NCBI RefSeq assembly: GCF_009914755.1
Contig: NC_060937.1
DNA: 64,000 nt
Direction: 5' to 3' (one strand)
DNA from: the human T2T-CHM13v2.0 reference genome, Homo sapiens
In this document: positions 1 through 13,770 of the stretch, one piece after another
Position numbering within the stretch: the first letter of the stretch is position 1
Layout: each line of letters starts with the position of its first letter
The notes under the pieces: generated by a model
Seen by the model: the letters and a program-made list of their open reading frames with translations, nothing else
The model's database searches: none
Told to the model about the DNA's origin: nothing
Translations under genes and position numbers: made by a program

Positions 1-3000
1 GCAGATGTAAAATACGGTCTTCTCTAATTATAAAACCTGGCTGAAGAGCCAGAGCTTTCTAACTTTTATTACTGATGAAGTGGATATTAGAAAGAAAATG
101 TTGGCTTCATATGGAGTCTGAAGATGAAGAAGTCTTCCATTTGGGATTTTCTATATCAATAATTTATTAAGGAAAATAGTACAAGTGGTTACATGCAGCC
201 TACTGTAAGAGGCAAGTACATTGCATGCTTCTCCTGTTTAAGGCAAATAACAAAAGAGCCAAATTATAAAGCAGGTCTTAACGTAACTGGGACGTTAAAT
301 CTACTATATCATTATGCCAATTTAGTAACGTTAATGATCTGTAATATTAATTCATCATCCTGGAAAATGGGGAAAGGTTGCCATAATTAACTATATTAAG
401 CCACAATTAAAAAGTCATCCAAGCTGTTGTAAAGATTCTAGTGATGATAAGCGTGTTTGTTATATTATAAACCTTTCTGACCATGTAAATTTGGTCCATA
501 AGACTTTGTTACAAACAGCCCCTCACTTCGAATTCAGATAAGTCAAAAGAGCAGCCACCCACGGAGGCAGTGGCACCGACTAGACGCCTTATCAGCCATT
601 TCCATCGCCAACTGCAGTTTAACACTTTCTTACAGGGAGAATCGGCTTTGAAAGAGGTACAACCTTTTAGCATATCTACTTTAATTCCTCACAGGGAAGC
701 AAAACCAGGCTGTCTAGTGAAATTCACATATGTCAGACAGACTATCTACTCCCCTAAGATTAGGGTCATCTTTGAAAGTCACATTTCAAACTGGCACAAA
801 ATGAACATTTTGATGTTTCTAAATGGAGATCCTATAACGTCTAAGCCTAAACCCAAGTTGCCTATCACCAGATGTCTGATAAGCTCTTAATTCTCCTCCC
901 TACCCATTTGAAGTCTCTATTGTGGATGGGAGTCTTTAGGTTACAGACAATGTCAGGAGAAAAGATAAATGGAACCATGCATGGGGTGAGATGCAGCCAA
1001 GATGACAACCCATTTAACTTTCCCGTCCAAAGGACTCCCTTTGTCTTTGACGGGACAGATCAGCTGGTGATAAAGGACTATTTCCTCTTTCACTAAGAAA
1101 TATGATAAACCCCAACTTTGCCTTACACCTACCGTTATTATCCTTGCCATTAATGATCATGAGTTCCTCCTCCCTAAAGCAACATTTAGTATGCTGCTAC
1201 CTCTATGCATAAACCACCCCTGAAGTGCATCTATAATCAGTGACTGTCATTGCTGTGGTAAGCTGAGTGACAGAGGAAGTAACAGGGATAAGTTGCACAC
1301 ACTTGCAGCTGGAATTAGTTTATGGCAACTGACAAAGAAAACACATCACCAGCTTGTTTTGAATAGGGTACTCAGGATTTATATATGCAGAGGTTCATAA
1401 GGGATTCCCGTGTCTATTGGTATGGCCTGTTTTTTGGCTATTAAGCCTAAAGCCCCCTTGCAAACCCCAAAACACACCTGACACAGCATTGCTCAGCATT
1501 TGATAAAGATGTTTGGTGAGGAAGAAGGTGCAACAAATCCCTTAGCAGATTATTTCCCCACACTATGAGCCTTTCTATTGATATAATGGTATGTCCCAAA
1601 AGAGCCAAATTATAAAACAGACACAAATACACATACACTCAACGCTGATTTCTGCAGCATGCCCCATGCCGGAAAAGTCTCGCCAACAGCATCAACGTGC
1701 TATCCTAGTGACGGGGGCAAATCATTTGTCAATCTCAGCTTTACTGATGCAAGTAGTGACACGAGGTAGCTCATTCCAACCTCCTCACTCAGCAGAAAAC
1801 AGCAACTTGTTCTCAGAGAAAAATGTCTGCTCATGTGAATACCCGGGGAGCCAGTTCAAACATCCAGCCAAAAAAGAGTTACTTCCCTTTAGGGAATGCT
1901 GGAAGTTTCATGACTGTTGCCCAAAGAGAAGTCCCTTCAAATGTGATACTGGATAGGGAAGTAGCAGTTACTGCTTCTCAGAGGAAAGGAGTCTCTCTTC
2001 CAATAGTCATTGCCAGAGGAAAGCAAGTCTTACATGACGTCTTGGAAATGCAAAGAAGTCTACCAAACCAAGCTCACCTTCATCCCCATCCTTCTAGAGC
2101 AATCACCATCAAGAAATTTGATTTACCCTTCCTCTGCAATAATGTGTAGCCAAATGAAGGTGAAAAGACATAGTTTTCTAGACAGGTTTACAAAAATCCT
2201 AGCACTAACCCAGCCAAGATTAAACAAAGAGGATCTTGCCAAGTCTTCATCCACAGATCTACATAGGTCCAGTTGGATCTTCTATATTTTGAGGACATAT
2301 TGAAGAATAAAAAGGAGTCATATTTGGGGTACTTTTCTGAGACTCTCAAAACACTTTCCACACTCTGTGAGCTGAAATTCTTGTGAAAACATGTTAAAGA
2401 AGTAGTTCCACTACTGACTGCCATTTGTGTGTTCACATTCACACACACACACACACACACAAATGTGTGTGTTATGAAGCACTTTGTAAGATCCTTGCTC
2501 TGAAAAGACAAAAGATAGTCTGTCAATCCTGCCATTAGGCATTTCTGAGTGTGGCTAGTGTCTACATTCTGAATGTGGCTAGTGTCCCAGGCCTTGCTGC
2601 TCCGTTTAGAATGGTTCTTCCTCTATACTTAGATGGCTACTTCTCAATGTTCATGTTCCTTTTAGTTCATTTATGCTTCTGTTTGGTAAACCTTCTACAG
2701 GGACCAACAAATTGCTCAAAGGCAAAGGCCTTGGTCCCTATTTTTTTTGTAACACTGTTCACACAGTGACTCCCCCATGTCTCTGAGTGGGTGGAGAGGA
2801 AGTTATACAGGGCAAGGGGAGCACAGAGATGTGCTGCTTAGTAAGAGTTTCTTTACGTTTTTCCATTTCCTGTAATTGGTGCATTGGTATTTCCACAACT
2901 CCTGCACATTACCACTGTGTAGGAGTTAGTGTCATATTTATTGACAGGCACCTGTTAAGTCAATGGAACATACAGGGTGCAGGCATGGATTAGGGCCTGA

Positions 3001-3123
3001 AGATCTTACTCTGGATTATGAGACAGAGCTACTTCTTTTCCTGTCTCGGGTATGCATGAACACATCACATCATGGCTTTCAGTGTTCAGTGGTGACTGGT
3101 ACATAGGTCTGGGAAGGAACTTA

Positions 3124-3484
<361 letters not shown>

Positions 3485-3900
3485 GGTTAAATATCTGCCC
3501 AAAGCCAAAGCCATCAGTTATCTGGGGAAACCAGGAAGCCAGAGCTTTTCACTGCATAACTAAGCAATCTATCTTTCTAGGGAATCTTGATTTGTCAAAA
3601 ATCAGACTACTACTAGCTTTTAAAATGGGTCCTTTTGAAGCTTTTGATCACTGATTTTTGGTCAGTGGTCAGGAGGGTGAGTTGTAATCAGCTCCCCTGT
3701 GACTGTCTGCTGAAACAGCATCTTGTATCATGTCATCTAGTGTAAAACTTGTCTTCCTGGGACTGCATAGATTAAGATGCTTTTGGACTCAAACATAGAC
3801 TCCTTAGTAATCAAAACTGAGGTTAAGAAAATAGTACCAGCTTAGCATTATTATTATTATTTTTAAACCCCGAGGTTTTCCAGTATTGTTCAGTTCCCCA

Positions 3901-4712
3901 TTATGGGTTGAATTGTGATATGGTTTGGCTGTGCCCCCACCCAAATCTCATCTTGAATTGTGGTTCCCATAATTCCCACGTGTTGTGGGAGGGACCTAAT
4001 TGAATCATGGGGGTGATTTCCCCCATATTCTGGTGGCAGTGAATAAGTCTCACGAGATCTGATGGTTTCATAAGGGGTTTCCCCTTTTGCTGGGCTCTCA
4101 TTCTGTCTTGCCTGCCACCACGTAAGACGTGCCTTTTGCCTTCTGCCATGATTCTGAGGCCTCCCCAGCTATGTGGAACTGTGAGTTCATCAAATCTCTT
4201 TTTCTTTATAAATTAAGTAAGTCTTTGTCAGCAGCATGAAAATGGAGTAATACAAATTATCTTCCCCAAAAAGATGTTGAAGAAGTCCCGACCCCTAGTA
4301 CCTGTTAATGTGACCTGTTTGGAAATAGGGTGTTTGTAGGCGATGAAGTTAAGATGAGGTTGTTAGAGTGGGCCCTCATCCAATATGACTGTGTTGTTTT
4401 TATAAAAAGGAGAAAACATGCATAGAGGGAAGATAATATGAAGGGACACAGGGAGAAGGCCATGTGAAGACAGAGGATCAGGGGGCTGCATGTGCATGCG
4501 TGCAGCCATGGAACACCAGGCATTGCCAGCAAACCACCAGAAGCAGGAGAGAAGCCTGGGAGAAATTCTCCCTGCAGCCCTCAGAGGGGATCAACCTGCT
4601 GACACCTTGATTTCAGACTTCTGGCTTCCAGAATTGTGAGACAACAAATTTCTGTTGTTCGAGCCACCTAGTTGGTGGTCCTCTGTTATAGCTGCTCTGG
4701 GAAACGGACACA
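3901..4712 (+). mobile_element. MLT1B/C MaLR LTR, split by a THE1 LTR
   Basis: TTATGGGTTGAATTG start; resumes at 4255 (...CCCCTAGTACCTG...GGAAATAGGG); MLT1-type 3' end. Confidence 0.8.
3916..4254 (+). mobile_element. THE1 (THE1C-like) solo LTR
   Basis: TGATATGGTTTGGCTGTG...CCCACCCAAATCTCATCTTGAATTG start, TAATACA end, TSD AATTG/AATTA. Confidence 0.9.
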
Positions 4713-5215
4713 CTTCCCCCAAAGCATATGGAATGCAGATATTCCTTTGTGAGTCACTTTGTGTATTTTTGATGGTGTTTTTTGTTGTTATTTTCTAAAC
4801 CTTTGGCTTCCTAGTTTCCCCAGATAGCTGAATTATAATATTTTCTAGATTGTTTTGTGGTTGGAATGAAAAACGTTGTGATAATATTTAACAGTATATT
4901 AACAAAAAGCTACCAGTTAAATGTTATGAACAAACTTGTGACATGTATACTTTCTGTGGGGATAACCACTGGGCGGGGGGAGGTGATTGTATAATATGAT
5001 TTCTAACACTAAATAAAATATTACAAAACAGAGACTAGTATGTTTTCTTGACTCAAATATCTGAAAAGGCTAAATCATATGTGCTACTCAGAGAGGTTTA
5101 TGTGAGACTACCCAAGGGGCTGAAGTGAACAGCCCTGTAATAGGCCAGAGTTGAGTCAAATGCCTCCGTAGGGCAACTCAGCCTGCCAGTACCTTCTGGT
5201 TCTCCAGACATCATC

Positions 5216-5886
<671 letters not shown>

Positions 5887-6341
5887 AGCATTTGTCAGTA
5901 CCTCTACATGTACAGTGACAGACTGGGCCAATTCTGGATAAAATAGCCAAGTGGAAAGCAGAGATTGAACCTACACATAATTTATCCACTAAGGCCTTAT
6001 TTAAACTTATCTTTCAAGAAAATTAGCAAATCTTGCTGGAGTTTACAGTTTGTGCATTTGTCGAGAATGTTTCTCAGGTTTTTATATTAATTGAAAAGTT
6101 ATATTAAATTGAAATTAGCCTCTGACTAATGTGCTGCAAAACTTTGCTTTAGGCAAAATCCGTGGCATGAAAGAATCATCTCAACAAGCCACGCAGTAAT
6201 CTTGGGCTCCTGGCCCTCCTACCTCAACTCACCTATACCCTTCTTCCATCACTTCATGCCAGACAACTCACCCCCTCCAAAGTGGTGAGGCTCTGGCCCA
6301 ATCCAGGACCTTCCCAGTTGATTTGACCTCAGGTGCCCACC

Positions 6342-6870
6342 TGGGATTGCCAGATAAAATACAAGATGCCCAGTTAAATAACTATTTATTTATTTCCTTC
6401 CTTCCTTCCTTCTCTCTGTCTCTCTTTCTCCTTTCCTTCCTTCTCTCTCTCTTTCTCTTTCTCCCTTCCTTTCTTCCTTCCTTCCTTCTTTCCTTCCTTT
6501 CTTCTTTCCTTTCTTTTCTTTCTTTCTCTTCCTCTGTTACCCAGGCAGGAGTGCAGTGACTCCATCTCGGCTCACTGCAACCTCCACCTCCCGGGTTCAA
6601 GCAATTCTCATGCCTCAGCCTCCTGAGTAGCTGGGATTACAGGCATGCGCCACCACACCCAGCTACTTTCTGTATAGTAGAGATGGGTTTTCGCTATGTT
6701 GGCCAGGCTGGTCTCAAACTCCTGACCTCAGGTGATCCACCCACCTTGGCCTCCCAAAGTGCTGGGATTACAGGCATGAGCCTACTGTGCCTGGCCACCA
6801 AATATTTTTTTTTAGTGGAAATATGCCCCAAATATTGCAAATTTATACCAAAAAAAATCATTGTTTATCT
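6342..6870. mobile_element. MER53-like hAT MITE fragments flanking an Alu
   Basis: GGGATTGCCAGATAAAATACAAGATGCCCAGTTAAAT at ~6343, resuming after the Alu (ATGCCCCAAATATTGCA...TTGTTTATCT). Confidence 0.65.
6383..6797 (-). mobile_element. AluS with expanded (CTTT/CTTC)n tail (6383-6530)
   Basis: Reverse Alu; the tail has become a pyrimidine microsatellite. Confidence 0.9.
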
Positions 6871-6879
6871 ACCCCGCCT

Positions 6880-7130
6880 CACTCATCACCTGGCTGCTGC
6901 AGGTTCATTCTTCAGGTGACTTACATGTTGCTTCCTCAAAGAGGTCTCTCTGAAGACCCCATCTAAAGTAGGTAATTCTATTATTCTTCAGCGCACCCTA
7001 TTCTTTTCCTGCATCTCACTCACATCAATTTATAAGTATATTTTCATTTTGGCACTGATTACGTACTCAATGTATATTTGTTCATTGATGTACAACTCAT
7101 CCATTATTTGTGGAGGAATGAATGAATGAA
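6880..7130 (+). mobile_element. L2 3' fragment
   Basis: Ends in GAATGAATGAATGAA, the typical L2 3' terminus. Confidence 0.55.
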
Positions 7131-7607
7131 GAAAGGAAAGTCTTACTGAGAAAAATTCCATGTTTAACTTTCCAGCTAAGGTACTTGCTGGGATAGCTAG
7201 TGATTTAAACAGATTTACAAAGAAAAATGGAATTCCTTAGGAAGTTAGTGAAATTTTCACAGAATATGTTGAGAGTAGTGTTGTAGTGCTTTAGGTCATG
7301 CAGTATGTAATCATGTGTTTGTAAGAATTATATATTAATCATAGTTTTGTCTAATTTAAATGATTTTGCTAATATATCTGCTGTTTAGTTCTAGGTAGAA
7401 TTCTGAATAGAAAGTTTAATAATTAGCTCCAATTCACTTTTAAAAATGGTCCAGTTGAAACAACCAGCATTTCTATTTATTAATTGAAGAGTGAGCTACA
7501 AATAATTTCTCCCATATAAATCCACCTAGTTCATGACAAAATGTCTTATCATAACATGCAGCAATTTTCTGAAAAGAAATAGTTGTAATATTTTATAAAG
7601 AATGCTA

Positions 7608-7891
7608 GGCAGGGTGCCGTGGCTCATGCCTGTAATCCCAGCACTTTGGGAGGCCAAGGAGGGGAAATCGCTTGAGCTCAGGAGTTCAGCACCAGTTGAG
7701 GCAACATAGGGAGATCTCATCTCTATAAAAAATTAAAAATTAGCTGGATATGCTGTTGCACACCTGTAGTTCCAGCTACTTGGGAGGCTGAGGTGGGAGG
7801 ATTGCTTGAACCCAGGAAGTTGAGGCTGCAGGTTGTACTGAGGTTGTACCACTGCTCTCCAGCCTGGGCAACAGTGTCTCAAAAAGCCCCA
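7608..7891 (+). mobile_element. AluJ
   Basis: Diverged dimer; TSD AAAGAATGCTA. Confidence 0.9.
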
Positions 7892-8600
7892 AAAGAATGC
7901 TAGACTCTTTCTCAGCTATAAAGAACTAAGCAACCAAAATGGATAATACTTTTAGAGAAAATAATAACTTGAGAATCATGTATATACAAAAACGAAGATT
8001 TTTTTCATATTGCTTATAGCTCTAGCAATATGAGTAGTTTCTAGTTGAGAATCCAGTATCAAATTCTGACTGATTTGTGGGGCAGGGACATGTTCTACTT
8101 AAGTGATCCATTACTAAATGTTGGATCACAGTCGTTGCTCTAAGAACAATTTCAGAACAGTCAGATATGAAATAAAGAGGATGATTGTACAACAGTTTAG
8201 ATGGGATATTGGCATGAGTTTACTAGAGAATGGTTCAGTTTCACCTCTTTTTAGCTTTGCAACTATGTGACTAGAGTTATAATCCAGATATTATTAAACA
8301 GTTGTAATAGTACATACTTTCCCCTTTTTTTATAATGTCAAAACCAATTGTCAGATAAATAACACTCTCAAATCTAGTCCATTTTTACGGAATAATGGCC
8401 TTGTCATTGATTCTACTCTATTTTATAGCATTTAATTAAAACCACAAGCTTATACAGTGAGAGGTAGAAATGTATGTATCTAAAAAGTCTCAACACACCT
8501 TTACTTCAATTCTCTTGTTTTTAGCTATCAGCCTGTATTTAATCTAATACTTTAAGGGAATATTAGTAAAGAAAAATTGTTGAAACATGTCATATAATAA

Positions 8601-8936
<336 letters not shown>

Positions 8937-9873
8937 TATAGTTTTTATTTATATATATGTAACAGAAGATGGTACTTACACTTGGCAGTAGGTACAGCAA
9001 CATATACTGTTAAGATTAGATTATGTTCAGGCCACAATCTGCAGTTTATATGCAAAATCCCAAACCTGTTCTTTTATTTTCCATTATAATGCTTTAAATG
9101 TGGCACAAAGGCAATATTTTTCCAAATATTCATACCAAAAGCAAATCACAGTAAAATGCAGTGATAGTATGGCTTTTATTCACTGGCAATCTGATTCAAA
9201 ATTCCAAAACAAACTCGAAAAAAAGTGCATTTGCTTACTTAGCAAAAGTTGCCTAATTTCTTGAATATTGCTTTCTTCCCATTTTATAAAAACAATTTTG
9301 GAGCCTTTAGGGTCTTTTAGCTAATCGTAAAATGATCTCTGGACAGAAAAAATTCAACCGCAAATAGAGGCAAAAAAAAATCTTCAAAACAACACGTTCA
9401 TCTTCACATTTTTTAAGTAGACAGTTTGGCTTTTTATAAAATAACCTCAAAGCAAATTATCAAACCTTGTGAGGTGTGCTGGAAGGCATGACTGTGGTCT
9501 GCCCCTCCCAGACACACTGACGGGTGGCCTGGCATCTCAGGAACGCTGACAAGGCCTGGCCTGACAGTTTCTGAGTTTGTGTCTTTGTCATGACAATAAG
9601 CCACATTTTGCACAAGTTCTAAGTAGCAGAAGATAAATGGGAGCCTGCCTTCAGCAGTTGTGGGCAACCTGAAAGACATGTCCTTTGAACTTCGCTTTGT
9701 AACTTTTAACATCCATTGTTTTTTTTTTAGTTAGTATGTCCAAGGGTAAAATTAGGTAAAACACTTGACAGAGCTTGTCCAAGGAAGTTGAGTACCATTG
9801 ACTTAAGTATTTTTTTAAAAAAATCAATAGCTGAGATATCTGCTTGTGTCAGATGTAAGAAACTCAGAGGAAG

Positions 9874-9874
9874 T

Positions 9875-9916
<42 letters not shown>

Positions 9917-9952
9917 AAGGAGAGAGAGAGGGATGAGAGAGAGAGAGAGAGA
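9874..9952. repeat. Compound (GT)n(GA)n microsatellite
   Basis: Seen directly. Confidence 0.95.
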
Positions 9953-10562
9953 TCAACTTTTTATATGTACCCATCTACATTTAGCAGATAAGTAATTGGA
10001 GATAATTCTTGAATCTCATGGGAAGGATGCATTTTCTTTGCAAACTGTCAAATAAATTTAATGTGACTGGTGATATTGTTTTTGCTGAAATGGAATGACT
10101 ACTTGCAACATGAATACGTGCTGTCTTCTCTGTTTTAACTTAATTTTTTTATTAGCAGTACATTCACACAGTTCAAAAATAAACAAGCAATATATGACAT
10201 ATAATGAAGTCTTGTTTCTGTTTCTCTCCACTCTATTCCCAACCCCTCTTCCATGCCTCTTTTATTTTCTTCCAGAGTTTTGAAGGTTTTCTTTATATTT
10301 CAAAATACCCTATCAGCATTTTTGAAAATACACATGGGTGAAAAGAAATTTGAAAGAAATTGTTAGTAATACAAAGTGAATTTCCTGATTCACAATGTAT
10401 TTGACTAGCTCTAGTATTTTTACTCTGAAGTTAGGATTCTTTATTAAAATATTTAAAATTATAAGCATGTTTGTGTGAGCTTAAAAGAATTATTTTTCAA
10501 GGAAAAGTGAAATGAATAAAGTAGGGGTGGTTTTGCTTGGAAAGTTTTGAAGTGGGATTTCC

Positions 10563-10577
10563 TCACTAGGTGGCGCT
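10563..10577 (+). promoter_or_regulatory. Candidate CTCF site
   Basis: TCACTAGGTGGCGCT matches the core CCASYAGRKGGCRS with one mismatch, in unique sequence with a retained CpG. Confidence 0.55.
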
Positions 10578-12999
10578 CCTGTGCCTAGAGGTCACAAAGA
10601 GAGTTGCCCCGCTATCTGCAGGTGCACAGTTCACCAATTAGCACGCTGCTACTGTGGAGACCTCCAGCATCACACAGAGAGCAAGGCCTCCATATTTTCT
10701 CCTCTCTAAAGAATGGTTGTTCCAGTCATATTTCTGGTCTGTGCTATATATGCCCTTCCAAGGGGAGGGAAATTATTACAGTTACCTCTTTAGTCTGGAA
10801 GGTACGTTATGCAAGGTATCCAGGCAAGAAAGGGCAACTGTTATTTTGACCTGGAGGGAAAAACCTTGGGAAAATTGAACTTTTTAAATAAAGACGTTAT
10901 CTATAGCACATGAGTGATTTAGAAGATGCCCTTATCTTTTCTCTGAAGACCTTAGTGTCCATCCAATAGCAAAAAGCTTTTAAACATGCTTTGGTTGTAT
11001 TATCTTTCTTAGGCAATAACATGGCCTCTCATCTGATTCTCACAACCCTCATGTGCCAAGTAGACCATTACAGGTGTGCAATAAATAATAATCAACACAG
11101 GCCTGCCTTTACATTTGGCCGCTCAGCCCTGTCAAAAAGTCAAGAAGATAAAAAATTTTAAACCAAAATAGAGGAAGGTTAGAAATATGCTAATTTTTAT
11201 TTGATATATTTGATCTTGCAACACTTAATTTTTCATGCACCAATTGTAGGTGAGACATTTATTGCACACCTACTCTATGCCTGGCACTAAGCTGTTTGAC
11301 ATGGATGCAACGATGCATTAGACTAAATTTGTGTTTCAAGCCTGATGGGAAAAGGAACTTCCATTCAGAATTCTCTTAAACTCCCATCCTTATTGAAGAA
11401 ATTACTCCAACTCAGCTCCATGTGTTTTTATATACCATGTTTCTCTATTTTCTTTCATCTGCATCAATATTTTCCTCAACTTTAACACTTTTAGGGCAAC
11501 TTTGAACTCAGATTACTTCCTTCAGTAACATACTATATTAATAATTTGTAATTCATAAGTGTTTATATGTCACCTTAACCTGAAGACAACCTCAAGTCAT
11601 GTGAATGTGAGTTCACTGGCTCCAAATGAATCTGAGTTTTTAAAAATGATGTCTTCTGGGTGTCTTGCACACATAGTGTGACCTCAGATCTCATTGACTG
11701 AAATACTGTTTTAATGTTTTACTGGGAGAAACAAAGAAAAGCCTGTTGCAGAGGACCCTTTGGGAAAGATGATATAAGCAGGTTGGAGAGCATCAGCTAG
11801 TTCTTGGGGACTCCTCAGATGACAGCTGTGCAGTAGGGACATTGACAACATGAGAAGACCTCTAGCTGGTGCCCAGGGGTGTGGTAACTGTAGATGTGAT
11901 TGTTTGTACCTCTGGCTTCCAGAGACAATGCCAATGCACACGTGGCCCAGATTCCTGTTTCCCGGTGGGGGAAAATGTGTTTTAAGACCAAAAACAAAAA
12001 TGAAAAAAAAGGAAAGGAAAATGAAAAAAAATCCAGCATCTCCAACCACTGGATGTTGCTTTCTTATGAAGTCTGTTTCCTGACAGCTCTTCCCCAGCAA
12101 GTGGGAGGAAAGTGGAGAAAGGAGGCATTCTGTACACAAATGACCCTAAGGAAGATTCTTACTCCCATGATCAGAGCACATGAGATTATGGGTGCCTGAT
12201 CTCAGGATGCCATGGGAACCAGGAGAGCACTTAACTCCTGCAGGATCTTAGAGATGCAGGGATACAGTGAGTTGAAGTGCACTATAAGGTCCAAGGCCCT
12301 TGAAGTGAAATGCACTCTTGGCTAGCACAGAGAAGGGAAGACACTTGCTGGTTTGGTTTTGTTCTTTATCCATTAAGTCCTCCTCAGTTTGAGGTACCTA
12401 TATCTAATCAGAACCAAAAGACAAAAGAGAATCATGACAGCCGTCTGATGCTTCTCCATCCTGGTGTTGTGTGCCTTACTCCAATGTGGGTCTAACATAA
12501 ATGCAAAGAGGGCAGAGGTACACATTTCTGAATTTAAAAGGAAATGGTAACTTAGTAACACAATTGTGTCCACTTTCCCTTTAACCTCTCTACTATTCTA
12601 CAGCTGTGCACAAGGGTTTTCTCCATTGTATTCCATAGTCCTTAGGAGTGTAGAGTATTGCAATCTTTCCCTACAAATGATTTTCCCCAGCACTTCTTCT
12701 TTAACTATATTTCTTTGGGATTGGCTAAATTCAACTGAGTATGCATTCACCAAATAATTCCCTTCATAATATAGCATTCCAATTGCCCATATCAGTTGTC
12801 CCAAATAAAAAGAATCACAATGGACATATTACAACAGTTATTTTCTTTGGCTATCAAACCCCAAACATCATATAACCAGATCACATCATAATTGTAATTT
12901 ATTGGGATGGTTGTCAGGGTGTGGTAGTGGTGATTATAATGAGAGGGAGATATAAAGATGTATCTGATCTCAAGACACAGTTTAGTAGGCAGAAAACAC

Positions 13000-13770
13000 A
13001 AGTACTTCAAAAACTAAATAATGACAGACCGTGGTAAAGAACACTGAGTATTCTGGGAGCTCTAAGGAGGACACAGTTGCCCAGAGAAAAAGCCTCACAA
13101 AAGGCGGAAGGACTTCACGTGGGCCTCAAGGAATACACACAAATCTCAGTAGACCTGGAGAAACCATTCCACGTGGGTGAATGGTGTGGTTAGACTGGTT
13201 TTCGTGGAGTCTACAAAAACTGTGGGGAAATAGTGGGCAGTAAGCTGGAAATGTGGATTGAGGCCAGATAGTGGAAGGAAACTAAGGCGCTTGGACTTTA
13301 TCCTGGTGGTAATGAAGAGATAATGAAGATTTTTAATTAAGGGTTTGGCATGATTAAATGGTGTTTTAGGGAGATTACTGTGGCAGCAGTGAATTGGAGG
13401 GGGAGAAACAAGTAAGCGATTAGTTAGGATGCTATTATAATCATCCAGGCTTGAAGCAGCAGGGGTCTGGAGGCAATGGGAATAGAAAGGAAGGGTGGGG
13501 TGTGAGAGATAGTGCAAAGGAATGCCCAGCAAGCCCTGGGGACTCATGGCTATGCAGGACAAAAGAAAAGAAGGCAGCAGAGAGAGTTGGTGCGACAGGC
13601 AGTGAGGGGAATCAGGAGAAGGCCAGTTAGGGGGAAAAGGGGAGATTGGAGCTGAGAGCTAGCTGGGCTTTGGGATGACTACTAGACATCCAAGTTCAAA
13701 TATCCAGCAGGTGGGTAGAGATGCAAGACCAAGGCTTTGGAGAATGGCCAGGCACGAGACCTAGACCTCT
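13000..13770 (-). mobile_element. Degenerate L2 fragment
   Basis: Purine-rich L2-like motifs (TTGGACTTTATCCTG, GGCATGATTAAAT, AGACATCCAAGT...AATATCCAGCAGG). Confidence 0.55.
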
